DNA from: the human T2T-CHM13v2.0 reference genome, Homo sapiens
Direction: 5' to 3' (one strand)
Assembly: GCF_009914755.1 (NCBI RefSeq)
Contig: NC_060941.1
Length of the DNA: 64,000 bases
Of this stretch, positions 15,449-35,302 are shown piece after piece. The translations under genes and the position numbers were made by a program. The notes below the pieces were generated by a model. The model was not told where the DNA came from. It did no database searches and saw nothing but the letters and a program-made list of their open reading frames with translations. The number at the start of each line of letters is the position of its first letter. The stretch's first letter is position 1.

Positions 15449-18137
15449 CCCCATGATTTCTATATTACCAAATGCATTTTTCTTCATGTTTGTTGTCAGT
15501 GCAGTGAGATAAACCCAGAGGTTGATGAAGGATGTTTCTATCTATCATTCGTCAATCAATCAATCTTTAATGAAAGGTGTTAGACAATATTTTTTGGTAA
15601 AAACAAACGTGGTGTGAGTTGATGTTCTTTCTCTGAATGGCTTTTGCTTCATTTTACTTTATTGGAGAGTCTGAGTTTATCCCTATGGCTTCGAACATCC
15701 TAGTCACTAAATAAATATATTTTTTAACACTTTTGTTAAAATTGAAACAACTTAACACTCATTCTTAGAAAAAATATTCCAATGACAAATTTAGGAAACT
15801 TATATATCAAGCTGATATTGTTATTGGCAAGTGTGGGGCTATTGGTGGATGCTACTTGTATTTTAGTTCTGTTGCTTTTGCTTTTTTTTAATGACACAAA
15901 ATATATTTAATACGTTAAATGAGAGACTAGGAAATATATTTAAAGATCTTTCAGGCTGACATAATGACCGCAAATAAGTAAGACAAAAAAGCTTTGGTAA
16001 AATAAGTAGAATTAAAAAAATGCAGTTCTGTGAATTAACACAAGAAAACATCAGATGAAGAATAAAGTTTCTCTGCCAAAGTTCCAGCTCAACAGTGCTG
16101 TGAATGTGATGTGGCTGCTGCTGTTAGACAATATTAAAAAATTTACAAAGCCCAGAGGTCGTCTTCCCCCAGCTCTTGGCCCTTCTGTTTAGTTTTGCAT
16201 GTCATATTCTAGAGAGAATATTTAATAGCAAATATGTTAACTACATCCGAAACACCTGGCCCATATAATGAAGAGTATGGAAACAATGCCAAATGAGGCA
16301 TGGCTAAAGAAATTAGGATTTTTGTCTAGAAAAGAGGAGACACAATGGCCATTTGAAAATAGCTCTAAAGGGCTAAACCAGAATCAAAGAGCTGGAAGTT
16401 ACACAGGGAGACAGATTTGGAAACGAAGACATTTCTAACATTACACCTGTTCTTAAATGAAATGGACTGCCTTACAAAGTCATGATCTTTCCAAGCTCCA
16501 GGGACCTTCAGCCACAGACTGAAGACCTAGAATAATCTTTCAGGGACAATTTCTGTTCTGGGTGGGAGGTTGGAATAAAAGTCACCACCCAACTCTTTAA
16601 CATTCTGGGAATTTTATGTTGCTATGATTGTAATAGAAATCACAAAGCAATGATATTGAATCTTCATAGAAAATTTGGATGTGGAACAGCCAGTGGGGCA
16701 AGCAAAGTTACCTCATCTTGAATCGGTGTAACAAAGCCCTCATTTGCATAAAACCCATCATGGAGATTTAAAAGTCTAGTGTCTTGGTCTTAGTCAAACT
16801 AATAAAAAATCACATGAAGCAATTTATTTAAAATTAATAAAGATCATACGAAGCAATTTATTTACAGACACCTGCAAGCTAAAAGCAGAGTGTGTCTAAA
16901 GATGAAAGTGTTAGAATTAATTAACAAAAGTTGTGATAGTTATGGAAAAGCTCTTTCCACAGGTCAGTAAATTCTGGGCATTAATCATTTCAGTTATGAA
17001 TTGCACAAGTAGAGGGTTTTCAAGGATGAGAGAGGATGCTTGGAAATGTGATTACATTTCTCAAAATATATGTTAATTTTTTAATAAAATTCTTTGCAGA
17101 GGATCACCTCACCACCTTATTGTTATAAAAATTTTAGAATGGCTCTTGCTTAGAATTACATATCATATGTACTTTCTGCACATATAAAGTTGGTTTTTGG
17201 CCAGGCGTGGTGGCTCATGCCTGTAATGTCGGCACTTTGGGAGGCTGAGGCAGGAGGATCACTTCAGGCCAGGAGTTGGAGACCAGCCTGGGCAACATAT
17301 TGAGACCCTGTCTCTATTTTTATTTTTAAAAAATTGGTTTTCAATGAAATAGTTTCCTCCAGTTGCTACTACTGTGAGATTATGAAGCTCATTTCAAGAT
17401 GCTCCTGTCCTGCTTAGAAAGCTGGTCTTCCCCTGGTTTTGCCCTTAACTTGAAATCCAGCTTCAGTTTTAGTGGCCAAAGGGCCATGTGGTAGCCTGCT
17501 TTATATCTGAACTCAGACCAATGGGTATCTTTTTTAGTTCTTCTGGTCTCCAATGTCAACAGGTTTCTCCTGTCTACATAGATAGAAAACTGTTCTGGAA
17601 ATTTTGAAGCCTCCCTGTTTAGGCGAGGGAGAAGCAGTTTTGGAAAAATGAAAAAAAAAAAGTACTTTTGGGGGGTACCTCTCACAGAAATAGGCCACTT
17701 GGTGAGTCTAGGATATGAAACTACAGAACTTCACTTATTTTGGTAGAGTAGAATTCTAGCTCATGGAATTAGGAGATGGAGCTTTAACTTGTAATTTTTC
17801 CACTTTATTTAAAGGGAGAGGCCTTTAAATAAATGACCTCTCCCAGCTTTATTTTCTTCATCTATAAAATGGGAACAGTAATACCTACATCAGAGAGTTT
17901 GTGGATTAAGTGAAATAAAATGTAAACATAGATACAAAGTGTTTATATACATAACACGTGCTTATGAAATATAAATTCCTTTTGCCCTCCTGTTTTTTCT
18001 CCTTTGGATTGCTCAAAAAGTTATTCTGCTCGACATCACTTATTATAGAAACATCTACATAGGTTAATTATAGACATTAATTTATTGTAATGCTTTTACA
18101 TCACAGGTGGAACCACATAGAGCTACACTTTCTCTAA

Positions 18138-18671
<534 letters not shown>

Positions 18672-19310
18672 TTATAAGCTTCATGTTCCTTGTGGTTCTG
18701 TCAGCAAAATAACTTCATCATGCCCCCTCTCTGGAAGTCCAAGCTTTGTACACAGGATACCTCTGGGCTTGTCCCTTACCTGCTATTTAAGTGCTAACTT
18801 TTAAAAAAGTGGTTGAACTATTAACATTTGCTTCTTTCCTGCATTATCATTTCATATTGACATTGATATTACAAATGAGTACTTTGTTTTCAGAAGGGCT
18901 TGATCAATATTTTCTGTTACCCAAGTGTCATATCTCAGCCACTGAAAAGTTTTTAAAGTGGTTTATTACTTGTAGTATTTTGTTCCTTGAGGAGGTTGTG
19001 TGGATAATATTACTTGAGCTTCATTTTGGGTGATTTATATTCACCAGTTTGTCTCCTCCTGGGTGAACACTGTCTAATTCCACGAAGTCGTCAAGCCAGT
19101 TTAGGCCACTTTCCTTAGAGCTTCAAATACTTTAGCCGTTTACTCTGAGCTGCCTGCTGTGAACCTTGTTTCTTGTTTGTCATCTCTGTGAGGATGGATG
19201 CCACGTCGACCATTCTCATCATTCTTGTGTATACTTCCCTGAGGTGAGAAAGAAAAAACAACCCTGTGAATCTCTGGATTAAAAGTCAACGGGTGAAAAC
19301 CCATGTGCGA

Positions 19311-19985
19311 GGCTGGGTGCGGTGGCTCACGCCTGTAATCCCAGCACTTTGGGAGGCCGAGGTGGGCGGATCCCAAGGTCAGGAGTTCGAGACCAGCCTG
19401 GCCAACATGGTGAAACCCCGTCTCTACTAAAAATACAAAAATTAGCTGGGCTTGGTGGCGCGTGCCTGTAATCCCAGCTACTCAGGAGGCTGAGGCAGGA
19501 GAATCGCTTGAACCTGGGAGGTGGAGGCGAGATCGCGCCGCTGCACTCCAGCCTGGGCGACAAGCGAGAGACTCTGTCTCAAAAAAAACAAACAAACAAA
19601 AAAGAAAGCCCATGTGCATGTGGGCATGAGCTCTCCCTTCTTACAGTAAATCCACTCTTAGAAAAAAGAAATGTGTTCCTCTCATTCAAAAGTTGAGGCT
19701 GAATGCAGTCGTTCATGCCTATAACCCCAGCCCTTTGGAAGGCCGAGGTGGGAGGATTGCTTGAGCCCAGGAGTTTGAGACCAGCCTGGGCAACATAGTG
19801 AAACTCCATCTCTACAAAAAATAAACAAAATTAGCTGGGCATGGTTGCCTGCAGCTACTCAGGAGGCTGAGGTGGGAGGATTGCTTGAGCCCAGGAAGTT
19901 GAGGCTGCAGGTGAATCGAGATGGCACCACTACACTCCAGCCTGGGCAACAGAGCGAGACCCTGTAACAAAACAAAGCAAAAAAA
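19311..19985 (+). mobile_element. Two Alus (19311-19603, 19696-19985)
   Basis: Alu consensus matches. Confidence 0.9.
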
Positions 19986-21735
19986 TTGCCTGGAGAGCTG
20001 AACTTTAGGGTCTCACAATAAACATATTCCTATTGTAGAGTTTTAAAATAATTTTAAGGCAAGTAATAATGTATGAACACCGTGTCCTTAACTTTTTATT
20101 CAGCACTGTAAATACGTTTTATGATCCAAAATGGTTGAATAGTTTCAGTTTTCAAAATTGAACATGCCCTTAACAACACATTCTATTGTGTCTCAGTGTT
20201 CTGGTGTCTATGATTGGGCCTTTTCTATATTTGTAAACAATCATTCAGTACAAACGCAGCATCTTAACGCATGACAAGGAAGAACAGATGAGGGTTTTCA
20301 CCTCGAGATGACTTTCAGAGTAGCCTTATACTTTTGCCTTGACATGAAAATAGTACTAGCCATGAACATAGGTCTCAGGTGGCCAAAATCCACAGCTAGA
20401 AGGTTAGACTTGAGAAGACCCACAGAGAGAGGCTTCGCTGATGTGGCCGGGATGGCTTAGGTTCTGCAGGCTGCTTACGGCAGATTTCCATTTCTGCTCT
20501 TGAGCTATGAATCCAGTTGGATGAGCTGGTTCAGACTTTTAGTATTTCAGCAGAGAAGAAGCATTCAGGGTTTTATTTATTGTAATGATTTGATGGTGGA
20601 AAACAGCTTTGACTTAAGCAACTTAACATTGCTCTTTTTCTTTGAGTAGTGGTTTAATGTTTATTCTGTGGTTAGCTATTAACCTTATTCTGTGGTTAGC
20701 TATTTAAGCAGAAGTCATAATGTACCCAGAGGTTCATTTTAAGTTTTATTCAATGTGCCCAGAAGATGAAAAACTACATGTTTTGATGATAGGTTTGATA
20801 TGCTCACACAATTCTTAATTGGTTTTATATTGGAAGATACATGTTCAGATTTGTCCTTTTATAACTTTACATTTGGCTTTTTATGCCACGTCCCGTGTTC
20901 TTTCCTTGAGGACTGGCTTGTAGAGTTGATTCTCTAATTTGTGATATGGGCATATTAAATTCCTTGATTGAGAAAGCCCTTAGCCAGCCTGGGTTGGTGC
21001 TATGCCTGGTTCTTCCTGGGGCCCGTACCACCTCCTACCCAATCTTAACAGGTTTCATCATCCCAAACAAGACAAGACAAAGCCATGTGGCCTCAGGGAT
21101 ACTGTAGAAATGAAAGAATAGGGCTATGACCACCAACGGGATGAAAGATCTTAGCAGTGGAGACTGGGGAAAAGAAACACCAGCTTGGCGAAGTGGCAGG
21201 TTTTGGCTAAAGATGTGGCTAGATTTGGCAGGGGAACAAGTGCCTGAGGATCTCTTCTCTTTGGGGCTTTCAAGGTTTCAGGAAATCAGATTGCCATATC
21301 ACATAGCCAATCTTATTTCCCAAGACTCTTTTTTGGCCCCTGTCCTAAATGTCCTGTAAACACACATGTCTGATTCCTATGTCACTTCTGATGCAGATTG
21401 TGAAATCAAGTCTTTACTATTAACAGCTTTTTATTGCTTGCTGTCTTCTTTGTGTTTTAGCTCTTCTTCTCTGCTGAAATGTGAGCTTTTTGAAGTAGGA
21501 GGGAGATTTTGAGTTTCTTTTTTATCTTATAAAATATCGAGTTCAGTGATGGACATATATAAACTAGACATTAATTATAAGTTGATTATTAAAATAATCA
21601 CATCCTTCTTTGTGGGCTAAGCCGTTGACACGGTAGTCTAATTTCAGCTATCATGCCACTGAGTTCTTATGTGATGCCATTAAAAATGCCCACATTAAAA
21701 AAATGACTATAATCTGAATTGTATAAAGAAGGTAA

Positions 21736-22249
21736 TGTGATACCCTACCTCGTTTTAACCTGATTGTCTCTCTTAGCTGAGAGAGCCGGACAGACTCCAT
21801 TTTTGTTTCTTCACTTGCAGCTCCCCTCCCTTAAAGGCATAAGTAGTGCAAGCTGACTCCGAGCACATCCAGGAATGCGCTTACTGATGAGATATCGAGG
21901 CAAGCTAAATCAGCAGTTCCTGAGGACGCGCTTGGGGGATGGCACCCAAAGCCCCTGCATTATCTCTTTGTGATAGTTTGAGCCCCTGCACCTGGAACTG
22001 TTTACTTTTCTGTAACTGTTTCTGTAACCAATTAATCTTTCTTAATTGGTTTGCCTGTTCTGCTTCTGTAAAAATTGCTTCAGCTAAACTCCCTCTCCCC
22101 TATTTAGACCACGATATAAAAAGAAATCTAGCCCCTTCTTCGGGGCCGAGAGAATTTTGAGCTCTAGCCGTCTTGTTCGCCGGCAATAAAAGGACTCCTG
22201 AATTAGTCTCAGAGTGTGTCATTTCTCTATAACTCGCTCAGTTACAACA
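21736..22249 (+). mobile_element. Solo ERV1 LTR, LTR6 (HERV-S71)-like
   Basis: TG...CA termini, 4-bp TSD GTAA (21732-21735 / 22250-22253), TATA-like gatataaaa near 22113, AATAAA 22185-22190; family from recalled consensus. Confidence 0.8.
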
Positions 22250-22373
22250 GTAAGATATAAAGAATGAACTGACATTAGTAATATAGTCATGCAGCTAGAT
22301 CATACTTGATAGCTTCCTTCCTAGGTAAAATACTTTTTAAAAAAATAAGTAATAATTAACTTGCAAAAGTAAA

Positions 22374-22379
22374 TTTATT
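22374..22379 (-). terminator. KRT24: KRT24 polyadenylation signal AATAAA
   Basis: AATAAA on the minus strand about 220 nt after the stop codon. Confidence 0.8.
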
Positions 22380-22601
22380 GAAGCATAGAAACAATTAAAG
22401 CAAAGTTGTTAATTCAGCTATTTCAAGAGCATTCTAATGAGGAAATAAGAAGATGCAGAAAAGTTGGCTAGTCATCCATTTCTGGACTGAAGCTTTTCCT
22501 GAAATTATCCAGAAAGATACCTAGATTGATGCCATTTCTTCGCTTGTGTCCTTCTTGATTTTTTTTTCTTTGAAAGACACTTTTGTTGATCTGGAAGTTC
22601 C

Positions 22602-28024
<5,423 letters not shown>

Positions 28025-28105
28025 GGTGCTCCTGCAAACATGAGCTTGTCCAGGCGAATAGGAGAGGTGATGACGAAGAGTGTATTCAAGGCTGCCTTTT
28101 TGGCC

Positions 28106-28113
28106 TTTATATA
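28106..28113 (-). promoter_or_regulatory. KRT24: KRT24 TATA box (TATATAAA)
   Basis: About 80 nt upstream of the ATG; the paralog has TACATAAA at the same position (46343-46350). Confidence 0.8.
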
Positions 28114-29084
28114 CACACTTCGAGGGTGTTCCTTTTCTCTGTCACTTCTTAATCCCTGTTACAGTTTTGGTAATCCGTAATTGGATAATTTCTGTTTCTT
28201 GAACACTTCTCTGAAGCTAGGTCAGAGCCCTGGGACATTTACTATATCAATAAAAAAAGAATAAAGTGGAGCAAAACAAAAAAATTTTCAGAATTACAGT
28301 TTTAATCTTTCAGAGGTTTTGATGATTGGTAACTTTTCTCTGGAAGTGTAGTTCTATTAAATTTGCTTCATGATTTCACATTTGCAGAGAATATCTCCAG
28401 GTTAACAAATGTAATTAAAATACTTAATATGATGAGAATAAAAATTTCCCATCAATCATGTAACTTTTTTGTTCATATTGTTCTCAAAAGTTGAAATTAG
28501 CTTTCACATCAGCAATAATTTCAGATTTGATTAAGCATCCATCTCTTTGATTATTTCAATCAGCGTGTTTTTTAAGGTTGTTGAAGTTTGTGATTTTAAG
28601 TTATTGCTTTCTTTTTTTGTATTTTGTATAATATACAAAAAAGCATATAATTTGTAACAATTATGTTTTATAGTTCATAAGAAAAACATACATAATAGTT
28701 TTCTAGGTAAGTATTATTACATCTCAGCAACATGTTTATTCAAGTAGCTAATGTCTAAGAAAGATTGAAAAGCTTTTAGGCAGATTGTTTTAATACGATT
28801 TTCTTTCTGGTTGAATTCTAGTCTGATATAAAGACAGCAACTTCCTTTTTGAGTCAAATTTCAAGAAATGAAGAGATGATGCAGATATCTCCTGCCTTCG
28901 TTTTAAAGATAAAAGAGGATTTGTATCTACTTCTGATAACTAGTGTTACAATTGGAGTTATTTTATAGATTCTGAACCCTCCTGAGCTCCCTTTGTGCTT
29001 CATGGCTTTTTGTCCCTTTGTATTTTAGACTGTTTCCATTCATGTCTTCTAGTCACTTCACCGGTTTAATAGTGTCTTTTTGAA

Positions 29085-29660
29085 AGACAGATACTGTATA
29101 ATTCCAGTACTATGAGGTGCCTAGAGTAGTCAAATTCACAGAGACAGAAAGTAGAATGGTAGTTGCCAGTGGCCGAAGGGTTGGGGATAGACAGTTGTTG
29201 CTTACTGGGCATAGAATTTTAATTTTGCAATATGAAAAGAGTTTGGGGCCAGGCGTGGTGGCTCACACCTGTAATCCCAGCTCTTTGGGAGGCCGAGGCA
29301 GGTGGATCACCTGAGGTCAGGAGTTCGAGACCAGCCTGGCCAAGATGGTGAACTCCCGTCTCTACTAAAAATACAAAAAATTAGCCAGGCATGGTGGCAG
29401 GCGCCTGAAATCCTAGCTACTTGGGAGGCTGAGGCAGAGAATTGCTTGAACCCGGGAGGCAGAGGTTGCAGTGAGCCAAGATTGTGCCACTGGACTCCAG
29501 CCTCAGAGACAGAGTGAGACTCGTCTAAAAAAAAAAAAAAGAAAAGAGTTTGGGAGATTGGTTGCACAACAATGTCAGTACACTTAAGACTACTGAACTG
29601 TAAACTTATAAATGATGAAGATGATAAGTTTATGTTATATGTATTTTACCACAATTTTTA
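29085..29660 (+). mobile_element. L1MB-like 3' end interrupted by an Alu (29247-29540)
   Basis: cacagagacagaaagtagaatgg...ttttaccaca; Alu TSD aaaagagtttgg. Confidence 0.8.
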
Positions 29661-30273
29661 AAAAGTCTTAAAAAACAGGTGCTTCCAGAAATAGTTTGTA
29701 TCCTCCTTAGCTTTAAACTTAAGTAGCTGACTTTTGTTTATTTAAGAATTTCTTCCTTCTTTTGCCAGTCTCTGTTAAACTATGTTCACACCTTAATCTT
29801 TATATTCAATTATTTGTTAAACAATGTTCTGCTTTCAATTTTTCCTTAAATTGCATTTTATTGGGACACATGATTAAATAGGTAATCATTCACTTTACTA
29901 TGTAGCTCTTATGTGGCTTTTATGATCTACCTGTACTGTTTTCACAGGAGTATGATGTTACTCTTCTTCATATTTAGGGTGACATATCTCCAAGGGGTAC
30001 ATGGTGTACAAAATTTTAAATTGTTAAGCTGGGAGTAATTTTTATAACGCCCTTCTAAAGTAGCTAAAAAATGCACCACACATAATGTGTTGGTCATCCT
30101 GCCTCGCCCATCCCTAAAGCTGTGAAACCAAAGAAAACTAAACCCTAATGATTAAATGGTATGCAAATGCTGGCAATGGGAGGAACAGTCACAGAGTGTT
30201 TCTCCCTTTTAAAACTATGAAATGTAATCTTTCAATTTTCATAAAGACTTGCATTTGGCTGAAAGCACGTTTA

Positions 30274-30534
<261 letters not shown>

Positions 30535-30914
30535 TTATAGAATATGATTTTAATAATAAGTGCAGAATGATTTGCAGATAGTAACCATCAATTTTTTTTT
30601 GTGTGTGGGGGGGATAGATTATTAGTATTTAAATATTTTTCAGATTAACATATTGCAGGTTTTTAGACTAGTAGGAAAACCAAATACTGAAATGCATGGC
30701 ATATGGCTCCTGATGAATCTTTACAGAATTGAGAACAGAACTTGGGTATTCTATCTTCTGTTCATTCAAGAAAATATACTGTTTTGTGTTTTTCAAATAG
30801 AAGCATCACATCAGAGTAGTTAAGGGAAGTTGCTGGGTTTAGAGTATTTGTTGAATGTTGACAAAACTTTCTGTGGCAGACAGTAAAAAAGAAGGGAAAA
30901 TATACATTTAAAAA

Positions 30915-31860
<946 letters not shown>

Positions 31861-33290
31861 TGGACACATTGGAAAGTATAAATTTGATGTGTGAACAGTC
31901 TCTTTGCAATGCCTTTGCAATGACAGATAGTAGATAGACAATAAATATTCCTTGAATTAATAAAAACTAACATGGCCTGATTTTCTTCATGAACAACTTG
32001 GATCACTGATTACTTTTGTTCTTTACTATGTGTTGTGTTTTGTTTTCTGAATCTTTATGCTCCACTTCTGGGTTAGTGATTCTCAGTGTGTGGTGGCGGA
32101 GAGCGGGGCTTGGCAGTAAGAGGAAATGTTGTTTGGGAAGAGGGCAGAAAGGTCAGGCAAGAGTCAACCGGGGACCTTCCTGTAGGGAATCATTGTTTGG
32201 GCCAGCTTCCTGCTGGTGGCTGCTCTAGGCCCCGCCAGGGTCAACTACTTGGAAGAGAAAAAAGGTTTTGCAATAATAACATGACTAAGAGCCCACTCCA
32301 GTAGATCTGGCACCACCCGTCGATGGATTGGGTGTGTCATTGTCACACCCCAGAAATCCACCAATTCTGTGGCTGTTTCTCTTCCTTCATCACTTTCTCT
32401 CCTTCCCCACCACCCTCGTCCATTCTTTCTCTTCCTGGTTTCACTTAAGTGTGTCTATTTGAAGGCTTCCTCTTCTCCACCAGGAAGCATCTGCTTGGTC
32501 ATGCCATTTTGCCAAATTTTGTTCTGGGAAGAAAAATCACCTGGCTTTGTTCTTGTATGTGAGTGCTTTCAAATCTCTTTAAATAACTCAATTCTCTATG
32601 TTTCCTGAAGATCTTTCCGTGAGTTTATGGAGAATTAAGAGAATGGGTGAGTGACTTTGCGGGGGTTGGGATGCTTTGTCCTCCAGGCTCCACAGACAAG
32701 ACAGTTTGAAATAAGCACAGTTTTCAAGGATTAGCTCTGCTTAAAAAGTCCTTTTGTGCCTTTCTTCATACCAGACAGACAGTAGTCTTCTCTTCAGAGA
32801 ATCCAAAAGCGTGAACAATCCAGATCATAACTTGAGCAGTAGGGCCTAGCCCCTGTGCCTCTTGCCAATGCTAAGTTGATACACTGGGCCTTCCTGCTCT
32901 GTCTCTTCCAGCTTGACCCCTCAACCTCCTGCTGCCCTCTGATGTCAGAGAAGCTGCAAATCTTTGGTCAAGGAATCCAGGGCTTAAATAGTAGTTTCAT
33001 AGCAAAAGAATGGCATGGTATTTTACACAAGATCATATTTTATATGATAGGCTCAGAAGAAAGCTTCATCAGTCTCAAGTCTCTTGTCCTCTGTCCACCA
33101 GAACTATAACACAACATTTGAGTACAGTCGATGTCTCTTGACCAAGCCACCATGTCCTCATCTGTAAAATTATTATATTGGTCTATCCACTTCTCAGGTT
33201 CCCTTCCAGCTCTAATTTTTAGCAATCTGGTAATTAAATGTATTACTTCTCAGATTTAGAAAGTGTTTTATATTACTATTAGGTGAGATT

Positions 33291-33603
33291 TTCTTTTTTT
33301 CTTTTCTTTTTTTTTTTTTTTTTGAGACACAGTTTCGCTCTTGTTGCCCAGGCTGGAGTGCAATGGCGCGATCTCGGCTCATGCAACATCTGCCTCCTGG
33401 GTTCATGCCATTCTCCTGTCTCAGCCTCCTGAGTGGCTGGGACTACAGGCAAGCACCACCATGCCCAGCTAATTTTGTATTTTTAGTAGAGGCGGGGTTT
33501 CTCCATGTTGGTCAGGCTGGTCTCGAACTCCCGACTTCAGGTGATCCACCTACCTTGGCCTCCCAAAGTGCTGGGATTACAGGCGTGACCACTGCACCCA
33601 GCC
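33291..33603 (-). mobile_element. AluS
   Basis: Alu consensus match. Confidence 0.92.
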
Positions 33604-34128
33604 AGGAGGGATTTTCTTTACTAGAGCATTAGCTGCAAAAGTTCACTGCTTGTGCTTGAGAACTGGGTAGAGTGGAAATTGTGCTTAGAGGTCCCCTTAA
33701 CTGGCCTCTACGTGTCTACTCCAAGGTAAGCTCTTATAAAGGCACCCAACTGAGGAAAAGAATACTTGCCTAGAGATTCTTTCAAGACAATGTTCTTGAT
33801 CAGAGTTACAATTAGAACTAAACAATAAGAAAGACAACCAGAAAAATCTCTGTGAGTTGATACATTCTCTTAGATAACTGTGGTATAAAGGGAAATATAT
33901 ATTAATGATGAGAGTGTCTTTTGAATACTGATGAGATGGCTTGCGGCTAGGGGCCTCTCAATAGCTTCAGGATAAGGACTGGTCTCCAGAGGACCAAGCC
34001 TTGATTAGAAGCTTAGAACTTTCAGCCACGTCTCCTAACCTTTGGGGAGGGGAGAGGGGCTGGGTATTGAGTTAATCACAAATGGCCAGACTCATGTCTA
34101 TGTCATGAAACCTACATAACCCTTAAGT

Positions 34129-34593
34129 CAGGGGTCCCCAATCCCTGGGAATTGTATGAAGGAACTGGGCCACACAGCCAGAGGTGAGTGGAGGCTGCAC
34201 GAGCATTACCGCCTGAGCTCCACCTCCTGTCAGATCAGCAGTGGCATTAGATTCTCATAGGAGCATGAACCCTGTTGTGAACCGTGCATGCGAGGGATCT
34301 AGGTTGTGGGCTCCTTATGAGAATCTAATGCCTGATGATATGTCAGTCTCCAATCACCCCCAGATGGGACTGCCTAGTTTCAGGAAAACAAGCCCAGGGC
34401 TCCCACTGATTCTATGTTATGGTGAGTTGTATAATTATTTCATTATATACTACAATGTAATAATAATAGAAATAAAGTACACAATAAACGTAATGTGCTT
34501 GAATTGTCCCGAAACCACTCCACCCACCTGGTCTATGGAAAAATTGTTTTCCACAAAACCAGAGCCTGGTGCCAAAAAGGCTGGGGACTGCTA
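34129..34593 (+). mobile_element. MER1A-like hAT DNA transposon
   Basis: CAGGGGTCCCCA...GGGGACTGCTA terminal inverted repeats; 8-bp TSD ccttaagt/ccttaaat. Confidence 0.85.
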
Positions 34594-34883
34594 CCTTAAA
34601 TAATGGGGCTCAGAAAGCTTCTGGGTTGATGAACATGTGGAGGTGCTGGGAGTATGGTATGTCCAGAGAGGGCATGGAAGTTCTGTGCCTGTTTCCCTAT
34701 ATCCTGCCCTATTTATCCTTTCTGTTTAACTGTTCTTGAGTTGATCCTTTATAATAAACTGGTAATAGTAGGCAAAGTGTTTTCCTGAGTCCCGTGAGTC
34801 ATTCTAGAAATTATCAAAACTTAAGTGGGGAAGATTGTGGAAACCCCAAACTTTGTAGCGAATCAGAAGTATGGGTAACCTGG

Positions 34884-35302
34884 TGTACAAGTCTGTTCTT
34901 GCACTGCTATAAATGAATAAATACCTGAAACTGGGTAATTTATAAAGAAATGGGCTCACAGTTCTGCAGGGTGTACAGGAAGCATGATACTGGCATCTGC
35001 TTTGCTTCTGGGGAGGCCTCAGGAAACTTACAATGATGGCAGAAGGCAAAGGAGAAGCAGACATGTCTTACGTGGCCGGAGCAGGAGCAAGAGAGAGATG
35101 GGGGAGGTTCCACACACTTTTAAACAACCAAATCTCACAAGAACTCACTCACTATCACAACGACAGTACCAAGGCGGGGATGGTGTTAAACCACGAGAAG
35201 TGGCCCCCATGATTCAATCACCTCCCACCAGGCCCCACTTCCAACATTGGGGATTACATTTCAACATGAGATTTGGTGGGGACAGAGATCCAAACCACAT
35301 CA
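34884..35302 (-). mobile_element. MST-type MaLR solo LTR
   Basis: MST motifs; 5-bp TSD CCTGG. Confidence 0.85.

Noticed and set aside
20661-20704. Short direct repeats (also about 5119-5144 and 16816-16864)
   Set aside because: Ordinary slippage duplications with only two copies; not CRISPR-like.
28850-28856. AP-1 site TGAGTCA upstream of KRT24
   Set aside because: A single 7-mer is expected by chance; no supporting data.
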